Shown here: positions 1-9,114 of the stretch, in pieces
Position numbering within the stretch: the first letter of the stretch is position 1
Layout of the letters: each line of letters opens with the position of its first letter
Assembly: GCA_964415295.1 (NCBI GenBank)
Contig: CAYPYN010000005.1
Location: forward strand, 251,321 to 315,320
Direction: 5' to 3'
DNA length: 64,000 nt
Source of the DNA: an uncultured Bacteroidota bacterium
GTDB lineage: Bacteria > CLD3 > SB21
Position numbers and translations under genes: made by a program
Notes under the pieces: generated by a model
Databases searched by the model: none
Seen by the model: only the letters and a program-made list of their open reading frames with translations
What the model was told of the DNA's origin: nothing

Positions 1-2303
1 AGCAAACTGGTGTCAACCCTTGTCGCACTGATCACACCCTGGATCTTCCTTATCTTGTCCAGCACAAGGTTCAGGTGCGCGATATTCCGAACCTGGATGA
101 CGAACATATTGATTGTCTCGTGTCCGGAGGTTTTGACATCCGCGCTCACAATATTGGTATCGGCGGATGAGATTTTCTGCGTAATATCGTTGAGAAAGTT
201 CTTCCGGTCGTAACCAAGAATACGTATCTGTACCATGAAATTCTTGGATTCGTCCACCTGCCATCGCGCGGGAATAGAGCGTTCCGGTTCTTTCTTGATC
301 GCATCGATGATATTGGAACAGTCGGCGCGATGGACATTGATGCCGCGGCCTTTGGTCACATAACCCAGGATCGCGTCGCCCGGAATAGGATTGCAGCATT
401 TGGCAAAATGGATCATCATATTGTCCATGCCGTTGATGGCGATCCCTTTGGATTCCGAACGGGCGCGTTTGATGAAACGGCTGAAAAAGGAAGGGTCGGG
501 CAGGAGCGACGGCTCTTTGGGAACGATGCGCGCGGCGATCTTCTGAGCCACGCTCTGCGCGGAGACATTACCCCGGCCGATGGAAGATAAGAGCATTTCT
601 TTGTTCTCGAACTTCAATTCCTCCACGATCCTATCCAGTTCATCCTCAAAATCGGGAACCTGTTTTTTAGACATAAGATCTTTGAGTTCCTGCTCCAGCA
701 GGTTCTTGCCGAGATTGACGCTTTGTTCGAGTTCGATATTACGGAAATACCGCTTGATATGGTTGCGTGCTTTGGATGTCTTCGCGATCTCAAGCCAGTG
801 CAGGCTCGGCGTCTGCTGTTCCGAAGTCAATACTTCTATCATGTCCCCGCTTGAGAGCTCGCTGTGCAGAGGCACCATCTTGCCATTGACCTTTGCGCCG
901 ATGCAGTGCAGACCGACCTGCGAGTGTACCGCAAAGGCGAAGTCGATGGGTGTGGCGTGGCGCGGGAGATTAAAAAGATCTCCCTTCGGAGTAAAGACAA
1001 ATACCTCATCCTGGAAAAGATCGATCTTGAGATCTTCGAGAAATTCGCCCGGATCGTTATTCTCCTGCTGACGGTCGATCAGTTGCCGGATCCATCCGAT
1101 CTGACGATCCAACTGGTCCATCTGGAGTTTGCCTTCTTTGTAAAGCCAGTGCGCGGCGATGCCCTCTTCCGCGATCTGATTCATCTCTTTGGTGCGGATC
1201 TGGATTTCCACCATCTTGCCGTCGGGCCCGATGACGGTCGTATGGATCGACTGGTAGCCGTTGATCTTGGGAACGGCGATGTAATCTTTGAAACGTTCCG
1301 TTACCGGCGTGTAGGTGCTGTGCACGATGCCGAGCGCTTTATAACAGTCCACTTTGGATTCAACAAGAATGCGTATTGCCAGCAGGTCGTAGATTTCCTG
1401 GAAAGGCTTGTTGCGTTTTTTCATCTTGTTGTAGATACTGAAAAAATGCTTGGGCCGTCCGATGATCTGCGCCGATGTTTCGTTCTCCGCCAATTTTTCA
1501 CGCAGAGGTTTTGCGATCTTCTCGATGTACGCCTGCCGCTCCTGCCGCTTGTCGGCGATCAGTTTGGACAATTCCCAATACACGTTCTGATCGAGCGTTT
1601 TCAGGACCAGGTCTTCGAGTTCCCACCGGATCCTGGCCATTCCAAAGCGGTGCGCCAGCGGCGCGTATACGTCACGGGTCTCGATCGCGATGCGTTCCTG
1701 TTTTTTCGGCGGCAGGGAATCGATCGTGCGCATATTATGCAGGCGGTCGGCGAATTTGATGATAATGACGCGGATATCCTTGATCATCGAGAGAAGCATT
1801 TTGCGGTAATTCTCCGCCTGCTTGATCTCGAGACTGCCGAATTCGAATCCGCTTATTTTGGTAAGACCGTCCACGAGCCGCGCCACATCCTCGCCGAATT
1901 TCTCCGATATGTCGTCGTACGTTTTGCCTGTGTCCTCGATAGTGTCGTGCAGAAACGCGGCCACAAGCGTTGTCTGGTCCATATGCTGATCGGCAAGAAT
2001 CTTGGCCACTTCGATGACGTGATCGAAATACGGTAATCCGGACTTGCGGAATTGCCCTTCGTGGGATGCGTAGCTGTAATCGAATGCTTTTTGTAAAAGA
2101 GAGACGTCGGTGTTTTTTGCGTACGTGCGGTATTCGCGGATGATATCCTGGAATTTCTGATCGTAATAATTCCGGTCGTACTTGACGCCGGAGGCGTTGT
2201 CCGGCACGACCGCTTTGTCCTGCTGCGGTTTCATCGCATCCCGCGAAGGCTCATTGATCTTGATCTCTTTGAGCTGGGGATTATTTGACGTGGTTTCCAG
2301 CAT
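1..2303 (-). CDS. rel: Bifunctional (p)ppGpp synthetase/hydrolase, long RSH (RelA/SpoT/Rel); 3' end runs off the window
   Basis: Absent from the ORF track because no stop lies inside the window. Hand translation from ATG at 2303 gives MLETTSNNPQ...KAFDYSYASHEGQFRKSGLPYFDHVIEVAKILAD, then HD motif LHDTIEDT, CC motif FAKCCNPIPGD and an ACT-like end DRKNFLNDITQKIS...TRVDTSL. Confidence 0.95.
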   Translation of the reverse strand, partial: MLETTSNNPQLKEIKINEPSRDAMKPQQDKAVVPDNASGVKYDRNYYDQKFQDIIREYRTYAKNTDVSLLQKAFDYSYASHEGQFRKSGLPYFDHVIEVAKILADQHMDQTTLVAAFLHDTIEDTGKTYDDISEKFGEDVARLVDGLTKISGFEFGSLEIKQAENYRKMLLSMIKDIRVIIIKFADRLHNMRTIDSLPPKKQERIAIETRDVYAPLAHRFGMARIRWELEDLVLKTLDQNVYWELSKLIADKRQERQAYIEKIAKPLREKLAENETSAQIIGRPKHFFSIYNKMKKRNKPFQEIYDLLAIRILVESKVDCYKALGIVHSTYTPVTERFKDYIAVPKINGYQSIHTTVIGPDGKMVEIQIRTKEMNQIAEEGIAAHWLYKEGKLQMDQLDRQIGWIRQLIDRQQENNDPGEFLEDLKIDLFQDEVFVFTPKGDLFNLPRHATPIDFAFAVHSQVGLHCIGAKVNGKMVPLHSELSSGDMIEVLTSEQQTPSLHWLEIAKTSKARNHIKRYFRNIELEQSVNLGKNLLEQELKDLMSKKQVPDFEDELDRIVEELKFENKEMLLSSIGRGNVSAQSVAQKIAARIVPKEPSLLPDPSFFSRFIKRARSESKGIAINGMDNMMIHFAKCCNPIPGDAILGYVTKGRGINVHRADCSNIIDAIKKEPERSIPARWQVDESKNFMVQIRILGYDRKNFLNDITQKISSADTNIVSADVKTSGHETINMFVIQVRNIAHLNLVLDKIRKIQGVISATRVDTSL

Positions 2304-2344
2304 GTTAATTCCTACGACAGGCCGAGCGTACTTTTTCTGTCGGC

Positions 2345-2360
2345 ATAAGTTTAAACTTAT
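2345..2360. promoter_or_regulatory. Perfect 16-bp palindrome upstream of rel, possible operator
   Basis: ATAAGTTTAAACTTAT is its own reverse complement and lies about 42 bp upstream of the rel ATG. Confidence 0.35.
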
Positions 2361-2589
2361 AAAGAGTTACGCTTATTCCGCTCAGAAGAAAAGATTCACT
2401 AAAATCAATATATTACAGGAATTTAGCTGAAACAAGTTTTTTCTTAGAATAAAAATCCCTCATTGGCGGTGATGTGAGAGGGAACTGATCTCATGGAATT
2501 CAAAATGCGAATTGCAGAATATGAATTATTTCTGATCGTGAGAATATAGAGGTTTTGTACAGCAGTTTTGAAATGTTCTTCATTCAATC

Positions 2590-2674
2590 AATCCCCCTAA
2601 CCCCCTTTGCAAGGGGGAATAGTTAGTGCAAATTGCAGATTTGTCCCCCTTTAAAAGGGGGATACAGGGGGATT
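2590..2674. repeat. REP/MITE-like composite palindrome (CCCCCT..AGGGGG family)
   Basis: AATCCCCCTAACCCCCTTTGCAAGGGGGA ... TCCCCCTTTAAAAGGGGGATACAGGGGGATT: terminal inverted repeats, each arm also forming its own hairpin. Lies just downstream of the 2123-aa gene. Confidence 0.75.
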
Positions 2675-2705
2675 ATTTTCAAAAAGATCTGAATCCGTTC
2701 TTTTG

Positions 2706-5700
2706 CTACTTCACAAACAGCATCTTCTTTACCTTCGAGATCTTTCCCGCTTCAAGCCTGTAAATGTAAACACCGCTGGCAACTTCTCGGCCTAAGACGT
2801 CTTTCCCATTCCACACCGCCTGATAGTTGCGTCCGGTTTCGTAGTATCCGTTGACCAGCGTCGTTACTTCCTGTCCCAGAATATTGTAGATCTTTATCCT
2901 TACGCTGCTTGACCGCGCCACATCGAACTTGATCGTTGTGGATGGGTTGAACGGGTTCGGATAGTTCTGCGACAGCGAGAATTCTTTCGGCAGAGACGCT
3001 TCGATCTCTTGAACGTGATCGTTCACCCAATTGGCTTCGCCTGCGATAATTTTGAACCGCGCCGGTCGCGCATTATCGAAGGCATATCCGAGGCTCTTTT
3101 CCAATTCCGTTTTCTTGTTATGCGTAATGTCGAAAAGTATGACCTTCTGTATTCCGGCCTCATACTCCCAGGAGAGTCTCGTCTGTTTTTGGCTCGTGTT
3201 GTTTTCAACCACCAGATCCCAGACATGACCTGGTTCACTGGCCGAACGGATATCATACGAAAGATCTCTCACAGCTTCCGAAGAAGTATTGACGAAGTAC
3301 GCATGGACGCCTCCGGCCATGACCAACGGTTCGAGTTCATCCAAGTCATCGTAGTCATTCGCCGCTGCTTCTTTTGTTCCGACATAGTTATAGCTGTCCC
3401 GGTATTCTCCGGATTCCGCCATGAACCGGATGGACGATGTCAGATCATCGGTAATTGATTTACCCGCCGCCCGTGTCCAGGTCACAGCGGAGCCCACGGT
3501 AATATCGCCGGCCGTTTTGTTTCGGATCATGTAGCCGCCATACGGTTTTAGTTGCGAAACCGTTTCCCATCCGCTATTGCCGTTCATCCACCAAATCTGT
3601 CCGATCTTCGCGGCGTCTTTGGCGGTTACATTGGCGGTAAATGTGTAAGGCCATGCGATCAGATTCCACCCGGGCTTGAGAATTGTATTATTGAACGCAT
3701 CCGACGCTATCGCTGTCGGAGATGAAACGCTGCTGAAGAGATCCTCCGGGGTTCCCGTTTTGTGGTAAAGGCCGTACGCATTGCCGCTGGTCATGGAGGA
3801 GACGTCTGAAAAGCTCTGTGTGGACGAATTAAAAGACTGCAGGCGCCAATTGGACGGGTTCCCGTCGCCGGCAAATTCCTGCGCGCCGAAGTAATCGGTC
3901 AGATTCAAAGTGCCGTTGAAGGATAAACCGATAGTAAAATATCCTCCGCTGCCGACGCCGTTGGGGTACGCGCTGATCGTTTTGATCGGAGAGAAATTGG
4001 TGATCTGCACCGCGATCGTCTGTACGCCGGAAGCCGGATAGTAAACAACGCCCGCCGTATTATGCGCGCGTATGCGGAACCAAAGGCCTTCCTGAGTAAC
4101 GCCGGTGCCGGATATCGTAGCCGTGTAAGCGCTTCCGTTGAAAGTCATGAGCGTGGAATCGCCCGGGGACTGACCCGGTTTGCCGTGAAACAGTTTAACC
4201 GTCGGCGCTGAGCCGGTTACCGGAACTGAAATAGTCACGCTTGTTCCCGGAGCCGGATTGGCGTTGGATACCTGAAGGGAACCCGCCGTGATCGAAGGCG
4301 CAATAACTGTGACGGTCAAATTGAATGGCCGGGAATACAGCGTCAGCGCCGTTGCAACCGTGTTAGTGATGCGGCAAATATATTGTCCGTCGTCGGACGC
4401 CTGCGCGGAAGCGATGGAGTAAGAGGAATTTGTTGCCCCGCCGATCAATGTTCCGTCTTTATACCATTGATATTGATTGTTAGCGCCGCCAACCGTGACG
4501 GTGAACGCTAACGCAGCATTCAAATTTACGGTCGTGTCTTTTTGAATGCCTACACTGTCCTGCGGAGAATAGACAAAGGACTGTGATGGCGCGCCGATAT
4601 TGGGTTCGATGTCTTCGAAGGTAAATTGGTTATTATCGATCTCAAGGTTTTCCAGCGAGGTTGCGGTTGAAAAATCCGGCAGATCGGTCAGATCGTTTGA
4701 CGACAAATAGAGTTTTTTCAATTCGCTCAATCCGGTAAGGGAGTTCGGTACCGCTCCCGACAGTTTATTATTAAGCAGATACAGCTCCTGTAAATTAGAC
4801 AAATTTCCAAGCTGAGATGGAATCGTTCCTGTCAATTGATTGGTATGAAGAATCAACTCCAGGATATTGCTCAGGTTGCCGATCTCTGAGGGAATAGAAC
4901 CGCTCAATTGGTTATTGAGCAAATACAGATGCGTCAGATTGGTAAGGTTTCCGATCGAAGAAGGGATCGAGCCCGAAAGGGACGTGTTGTATAAAAAGAG
5001 AATGGTCAGATTCGTGAGATTGCCGATCTGAGGCGGAATTGTGCCTGTGAGCTGGTTACTGTACAGGTGAAGCGCGGTCAAATTGGTCAAATTCCCTATT
5101 TCCGGCGGGATGTTCCCCGATATAAAACACTCGCTGAGATATAGCTGTGTCAGGCCGGTCAGGCTGCAGATCTGTTTCGGGAAAGCCCCGTTGAATTGGT
5201 TCTTGGGCAGATTGAGATAGATCAGGCCGGTCAGGGTTGCGATGCTTTGTGGAATGGTCCCGATGAGATTATTGTCAGGTAAGTTGATCTGCGAGACCCG
5301 GTTATTTGACACGCTTACGCCGAACCATGTCTCCAGCGGATTCCCTGTTTTCCAATTCGTTTTGTTGGTCCAATTTGCTCCGCCCGTGCTGTCGAAGAAT
5401 TCGACCAAAGCCAGCGAGTCGTTCAGCCGCGAAGACAGATACACATTCGCCGCGGCGGGTGAGCTTTCATTTAATCCGTTATCCAGGGCTGTCACGCGAA
5501 AATAGTACATTCCGTCCAGCAACAATGGGCCGAGCAGCGAGGTCGTGTCCGATGCCGTCGTGTTGCTGTCAATCTGGTTGAAGACGATCCCGTCGGTTCC
5601 GGAATAGATGCGATAACGCAAGAAATCCGCATCGGTATTTTGCCGCCATTTCAGCAAAACGCGGTAATTAACGAGCGGTGTAAATGTGAAGTTGGACGGA

Positions 5701-8700
5701 ACGCCCGGCGGAAAATCCTGGAACCGGTATGCGCCGATATCGTTGCGCGAACCGTCCGGGTCATTGTACTGAACGGCAGGATCGCCGGCATTGATGCAGG
5801 GCGAATTGGACGCCAGCTGGAAATTTCCTCCGGCGGCATTGACCTGCAGCGGATCAAGCGCGAGATCGCCTGCGCCCGGCGAAGTAAATGTACCGGTGTA
5901 ATTAAAACTGTTATTGAAATAATCGTTATACGATCCGATGCCCGACGCGGCGCTGTTGTTAAGTCCGAATCCGTTGCCGCGGATGATATTATTCTTTACG
6001 ACGCTTGATGCTCCGCTGGAAAGATACACGCCGTGGGTGTTATTGTAGATCGTGTTATTGATGACGGAGACATTCGCTTCCACCCGCATACCGTATCCCG
6101 GACTGTTCTTGACGTTTTTGACGACGGTGTGTGAGATATTTGCAGGCCCGAGCAGATGCAAACCGGTTCCCGCCACGTTCGTTTTTCCGTCGAAAACAAA
6201 CCCGTCCAGCTTAACGCCGAACGCGTCATACCACATCGTTGAACTCACCGCTTCGATCACGGTCTGATTGACGGCGGGTATCCGGGATGATTCCAAAAAA
6301 TCTCCGCCGTATCCGCCGCGCACCACGGCGTAGCCGGTTGTAATGATCCCTTCGGCGTAATTTCCCGCCGCCACTTTGATCGTGTCGCCCAATGCGCTTT
6401 GCAGTGCTTTGGTGATCGTGCGGTACGGGCTGGCGATCGACCCGTCGTTGTTATCGTTGCCGGATGTAGAAACGAACGTCACGGGATTCACGCCCGTCTT
6501 CGACGCCTCGGAAGTGCCGCCTAAATTTCCGATATTGATCTTACCGCCGTTGGGCGCGGGCTCGTCGCCAACCGGATCCGCCGGATTGCCCGCATCGATG
6601 CATGGTGAGCCGCCTTTGAGGCGGAAGTCGCCGCCCGCAGGATAAACAAATTTGGGATCGGCATTGATGTCATTGGCGCCGGGAGAATTGAACGTGCCGT
6701 CGTAGTTGAGGAAATCGTTGTTGTAAACACAATTATAATTGGCGATCGATGCCGAAAGATTATTATCCAGTCCGACGTCGTTGAGCATGATGATATTATT
6801 TTCGATCCTCGTTGTTCCTGCATTCGCCGACGCATGGACCACGATCGAGTAGAAGATCACGCCGCCACCGGCAAGCTGATTATTATAGATCGTGTTGTTT
6901 TTGATCACGGCGCCCGCGCCGGAATTGACGACGATACCCTGATTGCCGCTCCCGAAGTAATTAACGATTGTACAATGCGTGATGGTCGTGGTTCCGCCCG
7001 TGACATTGACCGCTTTGGCAGTGCCCAAAGATCCGTCAAAAACGATCCCGTCAAAAGTACAACTCTGGTTGTCCGTCACTTGCGGACTTGTAACCGCTTT
7101 CCACACGGTTTGGTATGAATGAATATTCCTCTGCGATTCGCTGAATCCCGGCGCATATCCTCCGCGAATTATGAGCGGCTTGTTCATCGTAAGGTTTTCC
7201 GTCCACGTACCTGCGCCGATCTTGATCGTATCCCCTGCGGCGGCCTTATTCATCGCATCGCCGACAGCGGCCAGAGGGAATTGCGCGCTTCCGTCGTTGG
7301 AATTGCTGCCGGTGGAGGAGACGTGAAGGGATTGGAACATGGGAGTGGTGCTCACTTCATTTGAATAGGCGCTTTGATTATATAATGAATCAATGGCGGC
7401 TATTCTGAAATAATAGGTAACTCCGTTCGTCAAACCCGTAATGATCTTTGTAGTGTCTGTGATCCCTCCTGCTGTGCTGTCCACTTGCACGCCCGCATTG
7501 GGTGAAGTGCTTTGATAGATGCGATATCTGAGGAAATCCGATTCGTTGTTTTTTTGCCATTTCAAAGTGATTTGTCCGTTTTCCGCAACGGCAATAAGGT
7601 TTTGGGGCGCTTCAGGCGGTGTAGGAACAGGGGGAGGAATTACGTTTCGAAATACAGAAATTTGACTTCCTTGTGAGTTGTCTGAAACAATATCCGGTTT
7701 TTTATCTCCATCAATATCTCCAATAATCACATCCCATGGATTAGATCCACCTACTGCGTAAATTTGTGCACTATTAAAGTTGACGTTTCCGATTGAACTA
7801 ACATTTTTAAAAACATAAACATTTGAACTCCCCTCATTAGCATTGGCAATATCTACCTTTCCATCTCCATCGAGGTCACCTATACTAAGCTCAATTGGAT
7901 TACTGCCAGTACTCATATTGCTACTTGGAGCAAAGGATAAATTTCCTGGGCTACTGGTATTTCGAAAAACAGAAACATTGGAAGATGCATTTATTACAAT
8001 TATGTCCAGTTTTCCATCTCGATCAATATCGCCTAAAGCAACCCCTTGTGGGGGGAAACTGTAGATATTAAATTTAGTAGAGAATGTGTTGGCCGTAATG
8101 GTTGCGTTTGACTGGGATAACCAGATCGATACCGAATCGTTGTTGACATTTGCTGCCACGATATCAGATATGCTGTCGCCATCCATATCACCGATTTGTA
8201 CGAATTGTGGCCGTGTACCTTTCAAATTGACTCTACTTGAAAAAGACAATGAACCCTTTGTACTTAGGTTTTGAAAAACAAATATTGAATCAGTTGGCCA
8301 ATCACTCCCAACAACTATTTCTGGTTTTCCATCACCATTTAAGTCGCCGATAGCAACCCCAAAAGGTTTCAATCCGGTTGTCAGATCATTTTTTGAAGTA
8401 AAGGAAATTGTGCCCGAAGAACTAATGTTGCGAAAAAGTGAAATAGTGTTTCCGGAACCGGCTCCGTAGTTTGATACAACCACGTCAAACTTCCCATCTC
8501 CATCCAAATCTCCAGTTCCAATGTTTTGCGGATCGTTATTAGAAATCAGATTTTGAAATGAGGCAAAACTTATATTGCCAGGCGAGCTCGTGTTTTGCCC
8601 TATTTTGACTGTTGTTTGGCCTTCTGAATTTCCTTGAAGAATGTCAAGTTTTCCATCACCGTCTAAATCTGCTAACTTAACGGAATTTGGCAAAACAGCA

Positions 8701-9077
8701 TCATTAGAAAAATCTGATCGGACAAATGTTCCCGAATTAATGATTTGAACACTGGGAAAAGTAACAATAAATCCATATTTAGAGGAGCAACCCAGTCCCG
8801 TCGTTGTATCCGTCACGGTGATCGGCGCATAAGTGGCACCCGTCGGAACCGTCACAGTAAGGTCTGTCGCAGTGGCATTCGTCACATCAGCTTTCACTGC
8901 GCCGAAATAGACTACATTGTTTGTAGCGGTTGCATTGAAGTTGGCTCCGCTGATCGTGATGCTCGTGCCGATAGGACCGGAGGTTGGAGAAAATGAGGTG
9001 ATAGAGGGAACCTGACTTGCTAAAGTTGAAGACAATAGTATAATCAATGCGATGGTCTTTAGTATTACACTTCTCAT
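2706..9077 (-). CDS. 2123-aa secreted multidomain protein: signal peptide, IPT/TIG, FG-GAP/VCBS repeats, FN3, two beta-helix (DUF1565-like) modules, FN3, 24-aa LRRs, Ig, C-terminal FlgD/T9SS-type sorting domain
   Basis: PSITSFSPTSGPIGTSITISGANF (TIG); repeated DLDGDGKxD (FG-GAP); APQNL..W..YRIY (FN3); VSxxGxxxNDGS..P..GDTIK.. twice; GxIPxxIGNLTNLxxLxLxxNxL repeats; LSQNYPNPFNPSTTIKF...SGVYIYRL..KKM terminus. Confidence 0.9.
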   Translation of the reverse strand: MRSVILKTIALIILLSSTLASQVPSITSFSPTSGPIGTSITISGANFNATATNNVVYFGAVKADVTNATATDLTVTVPTGATYAPITVTDTTTGLGCSSKYGFIVTFPSVQIINSGTFVRSDFSNDAVLPNSVKLADLDGDGKLDILQGNSEGQTTVKIGQNTSSPGNISFASFQNLISNNDPQNIGTGDLDGDGKFDVVVSNYGAGSGNTISLFRNISSSGTISFTSKNDLTTGLKPFGVAIGDLNGDGKPEIVVGSDWPTDSIFVFQNLSTKGSLSFSSRVNLKGTRPQFVQIGDMDGDSISDIVAANVNNDSVSIWLSQSNATITANTFSTKFNIYSFPPQGVALGDIDRDGKLDIIVINASSNVSVFRNTSSPGNLSFAPSSNMSTGSNPIELSIGDLDGDGKVDIANANEGSSNVYVFKNVSSIGNVNFNSAQIYAVGGSNPWDVIIGDIDGDKKPDIVSDNSQGSQISVFRNVIPPPVPTPPEAPQNLIAVAENGQITLKWQKNNESDFLRYRIYQSTSPNAGVQVDSTAGGITDTTKIITGLTNGVTYYFRIAAIDSLYNQSAYSNEVSTTPMFQSLHVSSTGSNSNDGSAQFPLAAVGDAMNKAAAGDTIKIGAGTWTENLTMNKPLIIRGGYAPGFSESQRNIHSYQTVWKAVTSPQVTDNQSCTFDGIVFDGSLGTAKAVNVTGGTTTITHCTIVNYFGSGNQGIVVNSGAGAVIKNNTIYNNQLAGGGVIFYSIVVHASANAGTTRIENNIIMLNDVGLDNNLSASIANYNCVYNNDFLNYDGTFNSPGANDINADPKFVYPAGGDFRLKGGSPCIDAGNPADPVGDEPAPNGGKINIGNLGGTSEASKTGVNPVTFVSTSGNDNNDGSIASPYRTITKALQSALGDTIKVAAGNYAEGIITTGYAVVRGGYGGDFLESSRIPAVNQTVIEAVSSTMWYDAFGVKLDGFVFDGKTNVAGTGLHLLGPANISHTVVKNVKNSPGYGMRVEANVSVINNTIYNNTHGVYLSSGASSVVKNNIIRGNGFGLNNSAASGIGSYNDYFNNSFNYTGTFTSPGAGDLALDPLQVNAAGGNFQLASNSPCINAGDPAVQYNDPDGSRNDIGAYRFQDFPPGVPSNFTFTPLVNYRVLLKWRQNTDADFLRYRIYSGTDGIVFNQIDSNTTASDTTSLLGPLLLDGMYYFRVTALDNGLNESSPAAANVYLSSRLNDSLALVEFFDSTGGANWTNKTNWKTGNPLETWFGVSVSNNRVSQINLPDNNLIGTIPQSIATLTGLIYLNLPKNQFNGAFPKQICSLTGLTQLYLSECFISGNIPPEIGNLTNLTALHLYSNQLTGTIPPQIGNLTNLTILFLYNTSLSGSIPSSIGNLTNLTHLYLLNNQLSGSIPSEIGNLSNILELILHTNQLTGTIPSQLGNLSNLQELYLLNNKLSGAVPNSLTGLSELKKLYLSSNDLTDLPDFSTATSLENLEIDNNQFTFEDIEPNIGAPSQSFVYSPQDSVGIQKDTTVNLNAALAFTVTVGGANNQYQWYKDGTLIGGATNSSYSIASAQASDDGQYICRITNTVATALTLYSRPFNLTVTVIAPSITAGSLQVSNANPAPGTSVTISVPVTGSAPTVKLFHGKPGQSPGDSTLMTFNGSAYTATISGTGVTQEGLWFRIRAHNTAGVVYYPASGVQTIAVQITNFSPIKTISAYPNGVGSGGYFTIGLSFNGTLNLTDYFGAQEFAGDGNPSNWRLQSFNSSTQSFSDVSSMTSGNAYGLYHKTGTPEDLFSSVSSPTAIASDAFNNTILKPGWNLIAWPYTFTANVTAKDAAKIGQIWWMNGNSGWETVSQLKPYGGYMIRNKTAGDITVGSAVTWTRAAGKSITDDLTSSIRFMAESGEYRDSYNYVGTKEAAANDYDDLDELEPLVMAGGVHAYFVNTSSEAVRDLSYDIRSASEPGHVWDLVVENNTSQKQTRLSWEYEAGIQKVILFDITHNKKTELEKSLGYAFDNARPARFKIIAGEANWVNDHVQEIEASLPKEFSLSQNYPNPFNPSTTIKFDVARSSSVRIKIYNILGQEVTTLVNGYYETGRNYQAVWNGKDVLGREVASGVYIYRLEAGKISKVKKMLFVK

Positions 9078-9114
9078 ACATATTCTCCGGATATTTTTTT
9101 ATTACGCACTTTCA

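Noticed and set aside
864-2036. 390-aa plus-strand ORF
   Set aside because: Antisense shadow of rel, which has the HD, synthetase and ACT motifs; the shadow has no recognisable motifs.
2445-2585. Possible small ORFs or a pseudogene fragment between rel and the giant gene
   Set aside because: Translations show no recognisable similarity and lack an RBS.
4740-5220. Periodic nucleotide repeats resembling an array
   Set aside because: They are the 72-nt coding periodicity of the LRRs, not a CRISPR array (no identical repeats with unique spacers).
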